DNA of 64,000 nucleotides from Dehalococcoidales bacterium (GCA_034419075.1 DAOULR010000001.1:1766-65765); one strand, 5' to 3'; numbered from the stretch's first letter, positions 31,026 to 41,441 are shown. Made by a program: numbers and translations. Notes: a model not told the origin generated them from the sequence alone.

Positions 31026-33125
31026 ATGAAAAGATTTGAAAAACTGCTCTCACCATACTACATAGGTAAGGTAAAGACCAGAAACCGGCTAATCAAATCA
31101 GGCGCGTCGACACTGTACTGGCACGACGATGAGCTCCATATGAACAAGACAATGCTAGCCTACTACGAGGCCATAGCCAGGGGCGGTGTCGGTCTATTGA
31201 TAGTAGAATCCCCAACTATTGATTATCCTTCGAGTTCCCGCTGGAGCCAGATATACCGCTTTGACGATGATAAATACATTGAGGGCATGAGCGAGCTGGT
31301 ACAGGTAATCCACAAGCACGGCTGCCCGACCTTCATGCAGATGGTCCACCTCGGCCCCTGGCAGAACCCGCTGTTCTCTAACCAACCACCTATTTCCAAC
31401 CTACCGCCAGTAGGAGCCTCGCCGGTCAAACTGGATTCACCGGGCGATTTTCAGCGTGACTTGATTAGAGAACTCACCATCCCCGAGATTAAGAAAATCG
31501 TGGATAAGTTTGCCTCTGCCGCAGTGCGGGCGCAAAAGGCTGGCTTTGATGGGATAGATATAAACGCCGGCAGCACCCATTTGATGCATAACTTCCTGTC
31601 TCCGTTCTGGAACCGAAGAAAGGATGCTTATGGTGGCAGCCGGGAAAACAGAGCCCGATTCTTAGCCGAAATCATCAAGGAAATCAAAAGTCGTTGTGGA
31701 CAGGACTTCCCGGTCGCGGTCTGTATGAACGGCATCGAAATCGGCCGGACCGTCGGTGTCGATGACAACCAGTGTATGACAGTTGAAGATAGCCAGGGGC
31801 TAGCCAGGATAATAGAGGCGGCTGGCGCCGACGCCATTCAGGTAAGAAATCAGTGGTTGGGCTACCACGTCGGCGGCTTTCTCCCTGACTACCTTTTCTA
31901 CCCGGAGCCTCCCATCCCCCTGAAAGACTTTCCCAAAGAGTACAACGCCAGCCATCGTGGGGATGGAGCTAATATATACCTGGCCGAAGGCATGAAAAAG
32001 ATACTATCCATTCCCATCATCGTGGTCGGCAGACTTGACGCTGAACTTGGGGAGAAAGTCCTGCGTAAAGGCCAGGCCGACTTTATCGCCACAACCCGGA
32101 ACATCTTCGCCGACACCGAGTTTCCCAACAAGATTGCCGCGGGAAGATTGGAGGATATTGCCCCCTGCACGCAATGCGGCACCTGTTTGGACCAGACTAT
32201 CCAGATGAAACGGCGCTGCCGGATTAATGCGGCTATAGCCACTGAGAAGTATACCGTCGACCCAGTAAAGAAGCGAAAACAGGTAGTCGTGGTTGGCGGT
32301 GGGCCAGCCGGTATGGAGGCGGCCAGGGTGGCGGTGCTGAGGGGACACGAAGTAACCCTTTACGAGAAATCGTCTAAGCTGGGCGGACTTCTCGACCTAG
32401 CGGCGCTGATAAAAGGAGTCGAGCTTGAAGACCTGCCCGGCATGGTCCGCTACCTTAGAACTCAGCTTAATAAACTTGGAGTAAAGATAAGGCTCGGCAA
32501 AGAGGTTGATAGCTCGATAATCGAGGAGACCAAGCCAGATGTGGTCATCGTAGCCAGTGGCGGCACGCTTACCGTACCGGAGATAACCGGCATAAACAAC
32601 AAGAATGTGGTCACGACTCCCGCTCTGCACCGTCGGGTGAAGCCATTCTTGAGACTTTTCGGGCCGAGACTGCTGGGCTGGCTGACCAAATTCTGGTTGC
32701 CCATCGGCCAGAGGGTCGTCGTCATCGGCAGTGGCATACACGGTTTTGAAACTGCCGAGTTCCTGGTCAAGCGCGGCCGGAAGGTCACCATCGTGGACAC
32801 CGCTGAGGAGCCGGGCGAAGGGATGATAGACTTCCGTCTGGGGTTATCTCTGGACTGGTTCGATAAAAAAGGGGTGACCCTGATTAACGGCGTTAAGTCT
32901 ATGGAGATAACGGCTAAAGGGCTGAGCTTCGTTAGCCGGAAAGGGAAGAAAGAGACCCTGGAAGCCGATAGCGTTATCCCCACCGCGCCGCTGACGGCAA
33001 ACACCAGCTTATTTAAGAGCCTTGAGGGGAAAGCCCCTGAGGTTTATGCCATTGGCGACTGTGGCCAGCCCCGCATGATAGTAGACGCCATTGCCGATGG
33101 CTGGCAAATCGGTAATAAGATATAA
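31026..33125 (+). CDS. NADH:flavin oxidoreductase (OYE-like TIM barrel + 4Fe-4S + FAD/NAD domains; FadH/BaiCD family)
   Basis: ARGGVGLLIVE, AGFDGIDIN, CTQCGTC...C, VVGGGPAGMEAA motifs. Confidence 0.92.
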   Translation: MKRFEKLLSPYYIGKVKTRNRLIKSGASTLYWHDDELHMNKTMLAYYEAIARGGVGLLIVESPTIDYPSSSRWSQIYRFDDDKYIEGMSELVQVIHKHGCPTFMQMVHLGPWQNPLFSNQPPISNLPPVGASPVKLDSPGDFQRDLIRELTIPEIKKIVDKFASAAVRAQKAGFDGIDINAGSTHLMHNFLSPFWNRRKDAYGGSRENRARFLAEIIKEIKSRCGQDFPVAVCMNGIEIGRTVGVDDNQCMTVEDSQGLARIIEAAGADAIQVRNQWLGYHVGGFLPDYLFYPEPPIPLKDFPKEYNASHRGDGANIYLAEGMKKILSIPIIVVGRLDAELGEKVLRKGQADFIATTRNIFADTEFPNKIAAGRLEDIAPCTQCGTCLDQTIQMKRRCRINAAIATEKYTVDPVKKRKQVVVVGGGPAGMEAARVAVLRGHEVTLYEKSSKLGGLLDLAALIKGVELEDLPGMVRYLRTQLNKLGVKIRLGKEVDSSIIEETKPDVVIVASGGTLTVPEITGINNKNVVTTPALHRRVKPFLRLFGPRLLGWLTKFWLPIGQRVVVIGSGIHGFETAEFLVKRGRKVTIVDTAEEPGEGMIDFRLGLSLDWFDKKGVTLINGVKSMEITAKGLSFVSRKGKKETLEADSVIPTAPLTANTSLFKSLEGKAPEVYAIGDCGQPRMIVDAIADGWQIGNKI

Positions 33126-33164
33126 GAAGAGAGCTAGCAAAAATTTCACGGAAAGAGGTGCGTC

Positions 33165-33671
33165 ATGACCTTAGAGGAAATGGGAAAAAGGCTGAAGGCG
33201 GCCGAGGGTGCTCTAGAGGAGTTGGGCAAGAGGGTCAGGGTTACCGAGGATATTCAGGAGATTCACGAGCTACAAAGGCGCTATATTAATGCCCTGATAT
33301 GCACCGAGTGGGACGATTGCGCCGACTGCTTTGCCGAAAACGCCAAGGTCGATGTCTACCTCCACGAACCAATCGAGGGCAACGCCGCCATTAGAAAGTG
33401 GTTCAAAGAGGAGCTTTCCAAGACACATGCCGGCAAGGAAGGTGACATTGTCGTTCACCCCGTTATCAAAGTCGACGGGGACAAGGCCACTGGTAAATGG
33501 CTGCTGTATATGATGTATTGCTACCCCCGCACCGGGCAATCGCTATTCTGGGTACAGGGATTCTATGATAATGAGTATGTAAGAGAGAACGGAAAATGGA
33601 AAATCAGCCTTATGTATTGGCGGGAGCGCATGGGGCTGCCCGGCAGCGGCCCGCCGGAGGGCCTTTGGTAA
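33165..33671 (+). CDS. SnoaL-like / NTF2-family protein
   Basis: DIQEIHELQRRY, W...F.ENA, YDNEYVRENGKWKIS motifs. Confidence 0.85.
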   Translation: MTLEEMGKRLKAAEGALEELGKRVRVTEDIQEIHELQRRYINALICTEWDDCADCFAENAKVDVYLHEPIEGNAAIRKWFKEELSKTHAGKEGDIVVHPVIKVDGDKATGKWLLYMMYCYPRTGQSLFWVQGFYDNEYVRENGKWKISLMYWRERMGLPGSGPPEGLW

Positions 33672-33690
33672 ATAAAACCGGGAGGGCACT

Positions 33691-34731
33691 ATGAAAGTTG
33701 CCGTGTATGAAGGAGAAAGGTCCCTAAAGTTGCAGGAGCGGCCAAAGCCAAAGGCCGCCCCCGGCGAGGTAATTGTCAAGATAAAGTACTGCGGCATCTG
33801 TGGCACCGATGTCCACGCTTATCTGCACGAAGGGCTGCTACCGCCAGGGCTGGTCCTGGGCCACGAGAACGTGGGTACTATCGCCGAAATGGGAGAGGGG
33901 GTCGAAGGCTGGAAGGTAGGTGAGCGCGTGGTAGCTGGCCCTCCCGGAATGTGCGGAGAATGCTACTACTGTAAGCATGGCTACCCCACCCTCTGTGAGA
34001 CCGGCTTCAGCCGGACCAACGGACTCGCCCCGGGTCACGACGGCGGCATGGCGGAGTATATGAAGGTGCGCGAGCCGAAGACCATGCTGCACCGGATTCC
34101 CGATGAAGTCTCCTTTGAGGATGCCGTCCTGATGGATACCATCGCCGTGGGCCTGCGCGGAGTCCTGCAGTCTAAGTTCCGCTTTGGGGATAACGTGGTG
34201 GTGGTCGGCGCTGGCTCTATCGGATTGGGGGTCATACAGTGGCTGAAATTGGGCGGGGCGAGGCATATTACCGTCCTCCAACCTTCCCCCCAGAAACGGG
34301 AGCTTGCCCTCAAGTTCGGTGCCGATGTGGCTTTGAACCCTCTGGAAGAAGGCGATGCCCTGGAGGGGAAGGTCAAAGCCTTCTACGGCGGCATCGGGGC
34401 CGATGTCGTCTTTGAGTGTGCCGGCACGCCCCAGGCAGTTAAGACAGCTCTAGAGGTCGTCAGGGGCGCTGGTCAGGTGCTGCTCCTCGGCGTAAGCGGC
34501 GAGGAGACGCCTTTAGTCGAGGCAATGCTGGTGCAGCGGGAAATAGAGCTTAAGGCCACTCTGGCCTATGGCGAGGATGAAATTCGCCTGTGCCTTGATT
34601 TTCTAGCGCGGCGTCGCTTCAATACCGAGGGCATGGTGTCGGACATTATCAGCCTTGATGACATCGTGGAGAAGGGGTTTGAAAGGCTGGCAACAACCAA
34701 GGGTCTGGTAAAGGTCCTGGTGGCTCCATAG
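33691..34731 (+). CDS. zinc-dependent medium-chain alcohol dehydrogenase
   Basis: CGICGTDVH, GHE, CGECYYC...C, GAGSIG motifs. Confidence 0.93.
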   Translation: MKVAVYEGERSLKLQERPKPKAAPGEVIVKIKYCGICGTDVHAYLHEGLLPPGLVLGHENVGTIAEMGEGVEGWKVGERVVAGPPGMCGECYYCKHGYPTLCETGFSRTNGLAPGHDGGMAEYMKVREPKTMLHRIPDEVSFEDAVLMDTIAVGLRGVLQSKFRFGDNVVVVGAGSIGLGVIQWLKLGGARHITVLQPSPQKRELALKFGADVALNPLEEGDALEGKVKAFYGGIGADVVFECAGTPQAVKTALEVVRGAGQVLLLGVSGEETPLVEAMLVQREIELKATLAYGEDEIRLCLDFLARRRFNTEGMVSDIISLDDIVEKGFERLATTKGLVKVLVAP

Positions 34732-34747
34732 CTTGGAGGCAACTAAT

Positions 34748-35668
34748 TTGGCCGAAACAAAGCAGCCCAAAATAATTGGCTTGTCATGTGGTAGAGTAAA
34801 CGGCAACTGCGAAATACTTCTAAAAGAGGCCTTGATGGCCGCTGAAGAGCTGGGGGTTCAATCTGAAATAATCCGTGCTATGGAGCTAAGAGTAAAACCA
34901 TGCAAAGGTTGTGAAGCCTGCACTATAGCACTGGGAAGGGGCAAAGAACCGAGGTGTGCCATCACCGACGATGATGTTCCCTGGATTTTGGACAAGGTTC
35001 TAGTGGAGGATTGCGCCTTGATAGTTAGTGCCCCAGTATATCACTTAAGAGCTAACTCATATTTTGAGGCAATTCACGAAAGAATGCTGCCAACCATGTT
35101 CCGGCACCCGGAAATTACTGAGAAAACAAGGATAGGTGGTATTATCTGCGTCGGCGGCGGAGAACCCGAGTGGACGCCCCTAGGTCTCACCTCGATTAAC
35201 ATTTTTATCCAGCATACCCGCAAGCTGGTCGACCAGATGCAGTCCAATTTTTATCAGCGACCGGGCTCAGTCCTGCTGGAGAAGAAATACATTGAACGAG
35301 CCAGAAAACTGGGACAGAATGTGGCCAGGGCGATGATGATGCCGATCGAAGAGGTGAAATACGTCGGCGAGGATACCGAAGCATCCTGTCCCGTCTGCCA
35401 CGGCGACGTCTGGAAGGTGCCGGGCGAACTCTCTGATGTCTACTGCCCAGTATGCTGGGTACACGGAACCATACATGCCGACGGAGACAAGCTGAAGGTT
35501 AAGTGGGACGAAGACAATGTAAAGAATCCCCGATTCTCCACAAAATTCATCGGCAAGCACCTGGATTTCATCACCGAATCGCACCAAAAATTCTTTACCG
35601 AAGGCCAAAACAAAATAAAAGGGCAGTTAGAGAAATACACCTCGTACGGTAAAATCATAAAGCCGTGA
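34748..35668 (+). CDS. flavodoxin-fold protein (NADPH-dependent FMN reductase / iron-sulfur flavoprotein family) with C-terminal CPVC..CPVC
   Basis: GRVNGNCE, PCKGCEAC, SAPVY motifs. TTG 34748 follows a GGAGG RBS. Confidence 0.8.
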   Translation: MAETKQPKIIGLSCGRVNGNCEILLKEALMAAEELGVQSEIIRAMELRVKPCKGCEACTIALGRGKEPRCAITDDDVPWILDKVLVEDCALIVSAPVYHLRANSYFEAIHERMLPTMFRHPEITEKTRIGGIICVGGGEPEWTPLGLTSINIFIQHTRKLVDQMQSNFYQRPGSVLLEKKYIERARKLGQNVARAMMMPIEEVKYVGEDTEASCPVCHGDVWKVPGELSDVYCPVCWVHGTIHADGDKLKVKWDEDNVKNPRFSTKFIGKHLDFITESHQKFFTEGQNKIKGQLEKYTSYGKIIKP

Positions 35669-35731
35669 TATTGATTCAGGTTTCAAGAATTACTAGCCCA
35701 GTTAGTAAATGGTTTGGAAAAGGGAGGGCCC

Positions 35732-36319
35732 ATGCTGTTCGAGGAAGTTAACCAGCTCTTAGAGCCAGGATATCTGCCCATGGAAACCGGCTATTGCCGC
35801 TTACCGAACGGGCAGTCGTTTGCCGCCACTCTGGTCAGGATGCCCGGCTGCCAGGCGAAAATGCTCGACTGGTGGTTTGGCTCTTTTCTTAGAGATACTG
35901 AGACCTATAAGCAATGGGACCCAAAAGCTCACCTGCGTTTTGAGTGGGACGATAAATGGAGTCCGGGACACTATATTGGTGCCAGCCACTATGGTGAGGA
36001 ACACTTGGCCGGAGAGGTGCTTAAGTTCGTAGTCAAATTTGATGACCCTGCCCTATTCTTCGACACCTCCAGGTTTAAGGAAGCCAGGGTGGGGGCTGTC
36101 GTCTGTGGCCAGGGCTTTCTCCCTGACGGAACGCCGGACGGGCGTTTTGTTCATCTTGCCCGCGATACCGACTATGGCTGCGAAGTACGCAGCCGATTCT
36201 GGATTTATAGTGGCGACGAGAAGATAGCCCGGGGGCATATGGAGCATTGTCTTTCTGAAATGGGTTATATGGCTGACTTGCTACCTAGTGTCTATCCCAA
36301 GGAGCCTGGTGACCAATAG
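35732..36319 (+). CDS. DAPG hydrolase PhlG-like protein
   Basis: METGYCRLPNG, MPGCQAKMLDWWF, WDPKAH, RSRFW, HCLSEM (HxxxE) motifs typical of PhlG-family domains. Confidence 0.8.
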   Translation: MLFEEVNQLLEPGYLPMETGYCRLPNGQSFAATLVRMPGCQAKMLDWWFGSFLRDTETYKQWDPKAHLRFEWDDKWSPGHYIGASHYGEEHLAGEVLKFVVKFDDPALFFDTSRFKEARVGAVVCGQGFLPDGTPDGRFVHLARDTDYGCEVRSRFWIYSGDEKIARGHMEHCLSEMGYMADLLPSVYPKEPGDQ

Positions 36320-36356
36320 TTATCAGTGGGCCGGTAACGGCAACGCGCTTACCGTT

Positions 36357-37136
36357 TTACTTTCCCAATACTATGCCCGCGGGGTCTATTTCCTCACGCA
36401 GTATTCTTAAATGCTCCTCTGAAGGCTCGGGACTGGTGGCAACCTTGTCAGGAATGATAATTTCAAAGCCGCTGTTCTCTTTTACCTCGGCTATACTCAC
36501 GCCCGGATGTAACGAGATTAATTTAAGCCTTTTTGTTTCCTCATCGAAGCCATAGATGCCCAGTTGGGTGATAACCCGATACGGTCCTGTGCCGGCCGGT
36601 AATCCGACCCTTTCCCTACCCCCCGGCCCGTCTAAGTAGCCGGGGGTGGTTAAGAAATCGACCTTGCTGACGAAGGTTCTCTTTGACTGATTGGTAATAG
36701 TGGTTATGAGCCTTTGCGAGAAAGAGGCTACATCATTAGCCCCGCCACTACCGGGCAAGCGAACTTTGGGCAAGTCATGGTCACCTATAACGGTAGTGTT
36801 GATATTTCCGTACCTGTCCATCTGGGCGGCGCCTAGGAATCCAAAATCTATATATCCCGCTTGGGAAATTGACATAACATCGTGCATGCTGGAGGCAGCT
36901 ATAGCTCGATGAAAGGTTCTGGATTCGCCAACCGATATGGCTAGTTCAGGTAGCTGAGGTCCTACCCCACCAGCCTCAAACACGATAAGTAAATTAGGGG
37001 CATGCGTTTTCTGCGCCAGTGTGGCGGCTATTATGGGAAGCCCCGTGCCCACAAAAACAGATTTTTTGTCCTCTAAGACACTGGCGCCACTGAATGCCAG
37101 GAATTCCCTTAGATTATATCTATCTTCTTTTATCAT
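36357..37136 (-). CDS. family I CoA-transferase beta subunit (glutaconate CoA-transferase B-like)
   Basis: VFVGTGLP, LIVFEAG, GAAQMDRYGNIN, RLPGSGGAND motifs. Confidence 0.9.
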   Translation of the reverse strand: MIKEDRYNLREFLAFSGASVLEDKKSVFVGTGLPIIAATLAQKTHAPNLLIVFEAGGVGPQLPELAISVGESRTFHRAIAASSMHDVMSISQAGYIDFGFLGAAQMDRYGNINTTVIGDHDLPKVRLPGSGGANDVASFSQRLITTITNQSKRTFVSKVDFLTTPGYLDGPGGRERVGLPAGTGPYRVITQLGIYGFDEETKRLKLISLHPGVSIAEVKENSGFEIIIPDKVATSPEPSEEHLRILREEIDPAGIVLGK

Positions 37137-37173
37137 ACATCTAAATCCCCGCTTTCCTAAGTAAGGCCGAAAC

Positions 37174-38184
37174 CTATTTCCGCCATGGAGCCCTCATTGG
37201 TTCTTTAAGGAATTCCCTCCTCTTCAAGTAGTCCAAGCGCTCTATGCCACCGCAAAGCTCCAGATAGTCCTCAAAGTTATTAACGCTAAAAACATATTTC
37301 TGCAGGTACTCATCCACACCCGGTGCGGTTTTACTCAGCTTGAGCCATTCCGCTATGTGGTCTTCGTCATAGTAATACATCCCGGGCATCTCAGTGGGGT
37401 GTGAGCCATACGGAGCTTCAACAACGGCATCGACGACAAAGAAGGGGATGCTTGTTTTCCAGGGTTCTCCCCGGATAGATTCATTATCTATTATTTCCTC
37501 GGTAGTAATTATTAGTCTCCGAGCGCACCTGGAGAGTTCAAAGTCTTCCACCAAGATGCCATCTATTTGAGCATTACCATATACGTCACAACGGTGGACA
37601 TGGATGAAGGCCACATCAGGATAAGCCGCCGGAATCAGATTGATTGGCTTGCCCGAGAAGGGGTCAGTGACTACCTTGCAACTACTATAACTACCGGTAT
37701 CAGTACCAAGCAGGTTACGACTGGGTATAAAGGGAAGCCCCATCATCGCCGCCAGCCACCGCCATTGGTAGCCGGCGTTGCTGGTTTCGGCAACTACCTT
37801 ACATTGGCCACTCTCTACCATCCTCCTCGAAGCCGGAGATAATCCCCTAAGCTCATGGCCGAAGGAATACGCCACCTCTACCTTATTTACACAGCCTGAA
37901 CCTACTAAAAGGTCAAGGTCATGGACGGCGGTTTTACCAGCCATACTCAGATTACGCTTCTTTTGCCTGATTATCTCGTAAATGATAGACATGGACACTC
38001 TTACGTGCCCGAACCCACCACTAGCGATAAAATCTCCATCATGAACAAATTTAGAGACGGTCTCCTGGGCTGACATGGTTTTATCCTTTAGCTCGCGAGA
38101 CTTGTTTTCAATCACCCATCTTCTAGCCTCATCCGGGTCGTGCCAACCCAAAAGTTCTCCTTTGCCTTCTTTTAGTACCTCCAT
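37174..38184 (-). CDS. family I CoA-transferase alpha subunit (glutaconate CoA-transferase A-like)
   Basis: VHDGDFIASGGF, AAMMGLPFIP, PDVAFIHVHRCD.YGNAQI motifs. Confidence 0.9.
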   Translation of the reverse strand: MEVLKEGKGELLGWHDPDEARRWVIENKSRELKDKTMSAQETVSKFVHDGDFIASGGFGHVRVSMSIIYEIIRQKKRNLSMAGKTAVHDLDLLVGSGCVNKVEVAYSFGHELRGLSPASRRMVESGQCKVVAETSNAGYQWRWLAAMMGLPFIPSRNLLGTDTGSYSSCKVVTDPFSGKPINLIPAAYPDVAFIHVHRCDVYGNAQIDGILVEDFELSRCARRLIITTEEIIDNESIRGEPWKTSIPFFVVDAVVEAPYGSHPTEMPGMYYYDEDHIAEWLKLSKTAPGVDEYLQKYVFSVNNFEDYLELCGGIERLDYLKRREFLKEPMRAPWRK

Positions 38185-38256
38185 CTTCGCCTCCTCAATT
38201 TAAATAACCTAACTCGAGCTAATTATAGCCGGCTCTCCTATCAAAAATACATTTTA

Positions 38257-40407
38257 TCACGCCTTATAGATCCTGCAGAGCAGCGCCCGGAATGTCACCG
38301 AGCCCATGGCCGGGTCGTAGGGAGGTTCGTTGCTGGTGAGGACGTTGGCGTTGCTTTTCCATAAACCATGGTCCGGGGCTGGGTCTTCAGGGTACCACCA
38401 TGATGCTTGGGCCGCCACCACTCTGGGGTCCAACCCGGCAAAAAGTTCAGCTAGTTGCTTTATTCTACCCCTCGGCGTTTCAATCCACACCCATTCTCCA
38501 TCCTTAATCCCCAGCTTTTCCGCAGTCTCAGGATGGATTTGCACTATTGGGTATGGCTGTCTTTCTCGCAACCGGGGTAGCTGACGGTATTGGGAATGAA
38601 AATAGTAGGGCGAGCGAGCGCCCGTAGAAAGGATAAAGGGATATTCCTGAGCCAGTTCTGGAGTTGAATAAGGGCTTTCGTTGGGTTCAATATAATAGGG
38701 CAGGGGGTCATAACCGAGCTTTTCCATTTTAGTCGAGTAGAGTTCCACTTTTCCTGTATTGGTGGCAAAGCCGCCCCCCTTTCTCCAGTAGTCTGTCTTA
38801 TATTTATAGTAGGGCTGCTCTTTGCCCATCTTGGCCAGAAATCCCAACCGACTAAATTCCTTCCAGGTTATATTGGCTTTTCTCAGTTCGTAATCAAGCA
38901 TCTCTTCAACGCTGTCAAACCAGTATTCGGGGGCAAGCCTTTTGCCAAGCTCATTGAATATCTTGTTGTCTGGCCAGGCTTCTCCCGGAGGGTCTACCAC
39001 TTTGTTTATGGCACCAATAATGAAACGAGGGTGCATATCATGAATGTCATCTGTCTCCAGCCAGTGGGCCGCCGGCAGGACTATGTCAGCATACTCGGCA
39101 GTGGGGGACATATAAAGGTCGACTACGGATAAAAACTCTACGTTTAATAGGGCCTCTTTTACTTCTTTAGTATTGGGGTAAGCCACCAGCGGGTTAGTTC
39201 CCTGGAGATGCATGACCCGGATGGGGGCAGTCCCTTCCTTCAACTGCTTAAACATGGTATGCATATGAGCCATGGCGAGAGAACCCAGTAGCTTAAATCT
39301 ATCGGCTCCGATGGCGGTCTCCTTCGGTGCCGGCACCTCCCTGGCGAAATCTTCCAGCGGACCGGTATCGGGGGGCACCCAGTTAATCATGCTGCCCGGT
39401 CTTTCTATATTTCCCGTAACCGCCATAAGGCAGACTATCGCCCTCAGGGTCTGTACGGAATTATTGTTGGCCTCCAGGGCTTCTCCCATCTGGATGCAGG
39501 CGGGCTTAACCGTAGCCAGTATCCTGGCGGCCTTTACGATTTTTTCCTGCGGGACCCAGCTTATTTCGGACACTCTTGCCGGAGGATAGTCTTGAACCCT
39601 TTGCTTAAGCTTGTCGAAGCCATACGTCCAGTTCTCGACGAACTCCCGGTCATACAGCTCCTCGTTGATTATCACGTTGAGCATGCCGAGGGCCAGGGCG
39701 GCATCGGTGCCGGGCCTGACCTGCAGCCATAGGTCGGCTCTGCCGGCCAGGCGGGTAGCCCTGGGGTCGATGAGTATCAAATGCTCCGCCTTCTTCAGCG
39801 AATTAAGAAACCAGACCGCCATCTCGCCGTCGGCGTTAGTGATTTCCAGTTGTTTTCCCCAGGAAATCTGAGTCTTGGGGTACTCCCCACCCCAGCCGTG
39901 GTAATCACAATACAGTCTGCCCCCGACCATCATGCCGAAAACGGCTAGCTTCGGGCCATAGCAGAAATCGGTGGGCGCGCCCATGTTTGGCGTGCCGATA
40001 GAGCGGGCAAACCTGAAGGTGTATCTATTGTAGCCCCGGCCGGTTCCCTGGCAGATAGCTACGGAACTGGCTCCTGATTCTTCAATACTGCCCTTTATTT
40101 TACCGGCAACTGTCTCTAAGGCTTCTTCCCAACTGATTCTTTGCCACTGACATCCTCCCCTCTCCCCTTTTCTCTTCATGGGATATAGAATCCGGTTGGG
40201 GTTGTAAACATCCTGAATGCTGGCCAGACCCTTGGCGCACATCGTTCCTCTGGTTGCTGAATCCGGGTTGCCTTCAACACGGGTTATCCTGCCGTTCTCC
40301 ACAGTAGCCAGTACCCCGCAGCCGCCGTGGCAGCTCTTGCAGGTAGTCTTGATAACGGCTTTATCAGTGCGTCCTTCCATACCGGCTGTCTCTATGACCC
40401 CAGTCAA
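38257..40407 (-). CDS. molybdopterin (bis-PGD) oxidoreductase, acetylene-hydratase-like clade
   Basis: CKSCHGGC...CAKG 4Fe-4S motif, RILYPMKR, PGTDAALALG, DIVLPAA, HSQYRQ motifs. No Tat signal. Confidence 0.88.
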   Translation of the reverse strand: MTGVIETAGMEGRTDKAVIKTTCKSCHGGCGVLATVENGRITRVEGNPDSATRGTMCAKGLASIQDVYNPNRILYPMKRKGERGGCQWQRISWEEALETVAGKIKGSIEESGASSVAICQGTGRGYNRYTFRFARSIGTPNMGAPTDFCYGPKLAVFGMMVGGRLYCDYHGWGGEYPKTQISWGKQLEITNADGEMAVWFLNSLKKAEHLILIDPRATRLAGRADLWLQVRPGTDAALALGMLNVIINEELYDREFVENWTYGFDKLKQRVQDYPPARVSEISWVPQEKIVKAARILATVKPACIQMGEALEANNNSVQTLRAIVCLMAVTGNIERPGSMINWVPPDTGPLEDFAREVPAPKETAIGADRFKLLGSLAMAHMHTMFKQLKEGTAPIRVMHLQGTNPLVAYPNTKEVKEALLNVEFLSVVDLYMSPTAEYADIVLPAAHWLETDDIHDMHPRFIIGAINKVVDPPGEAWPDNKIFNELGKRLAPEYWFDSVEEMLDYELRKANITWKEFSRLGFLAKMGKEQPYYKYKTDYWRKGGGFATNTGKVELYSTKMEKLGYDPLPYYIEPNESPYSTPELAQEYPFILSTGARSPYYFHSQYRQLPRLRERQPYPIVQIHPETAEKLGIKDGEWVWIETPRGRIKQLAELFAGLDPRVVAAQASWWYPEDPAPDHGLWKSNANVLTSNEPPYDPAMGSVTFRALLCRIYKA

Positions 40408-40417
40408 CAGGCGCTAT

Positions 40418-41335
40418 TTACTTCTTTTCTTTGTGCTTGCTTTTTTCCGTTTTCTTGCTCTCTTCAGCAAGCTTCTTGGCGCGTTCCTCATCGTGGAAAA
40501 GGACCTCTTTGCCGGCAAACCATTCTCTGGAGCTGATATTGGCATGCTCCACATTCTTGCAGAAGTCTCCGAACATTTCCGTGCCGAAGGTCATGTCAAG
40601 GTCGTCAACAATGCGCTGCTTCCAAGGTCTTTTAACAACCTGAGCGGTCAGGCGTCTGACGGTGCGGTGCCGGGCCATGATGAAATCGGCGATTTCATAC
40701 GCTCTGGGGATCAACCTGTCGTATGGAACCACTTCGTTTACCAAGCCATATTCCAGACACTGCTGTGCGGTGAGCTTCTGACTCATATACATGGCGTACG
40801 CGGCTCTCCGGATGCCCATAAGCTCAATTAAGCAGCTGTGGATGCCGTCCCCGGGGACGATATCATACAGGAAGTGTGGGTCAGCAATTACGGCATCTTC
40901 GGCCATAATGCAGATATCGCACATCAGCGCCAGTTCGGCGTGTCCGCCGGTCCCGTTCAGCACGCCAATCGTCGGAACCTCTACGTCCTGAATCATGGCG
41001 ATAAGCATCCGGCGACCGTCAATGAACATATGCTCATACCTGGTGTATTCCGGTTCTGTTATCTCCGGCTTCCAGCTTTCGGGCTCGAATTCGATAATCC
41101 AGTCTTTTCCTGTCCCGGTAAAGATTACCAACTCAATGTCAGAGTCGCTGCCTACAGTACGCCACATCTGGCCTATCGCCCGGTGCAGTTCCATACTCCA
41201 TAACTGCGGCCCTCCGTTTGTATGCATCCTGACCAGAAGTACGCCGTCATCGCGCTTTTCCATAATGAAGTGCTCTTTGAACATCTCCTTATAGTCTTCG
41301 TAATTTGGCCACTTCACGAACTTTGTCCGAGGCAT
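40418..41335 (-). CDS. crotonase-fold protein, 6-oxocamphor hydrolase-like beta-diketone hydrolase
   Basis: VLLVRMHTNGG, HAELALMCD, DPHF..IVPGDG, TEMF motifs. Confidence 0.8.
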   Translation of the reverse strand: MPRTKFVKWPNYEDYKEMFKEHFIMEKRDDGVLLVRMHTNGGPQLWSMELHRAIGQMWRTVGSDSDIELVIFTGTGKDWIIEFEPESWKPEITEPEYTRYEHMFIDGRRMLIAMIQDVEVPTIGVLNGTGGHAELALMCDICIMAEDAVIADPHFLYDIVPGDGIHSCLIELMGIRRAAYAMYMSQKLTAQQCLEYGLVNEVVPYDRLIPRAYEIADFIMARHRTVRRLTAQVVKRPWKQRIVDDLDMTFGTEMFGDFCKNVEHANISSREWFAGKEVLFHDEERAKKLAEESKKTEKSKHKEKK

Positions 41336-41441
41336 AATGATTCCTCCTTTATTTTAGGATTTATTTTGGCTCTTGATGGCTCGCTTCTTAAAACCAAGCA
41401 AAGACTTCCCGGTTTAAAAGCTCATACCGCACCGGTTGGAC

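Noticed and set aside
38257-40407. Calling the Mo enzyme acetylene hydratase, or a selenoprotein
   Set aside because: The catalytic Asp is replaced by His, and there is no in-frame TGA in the ORF.
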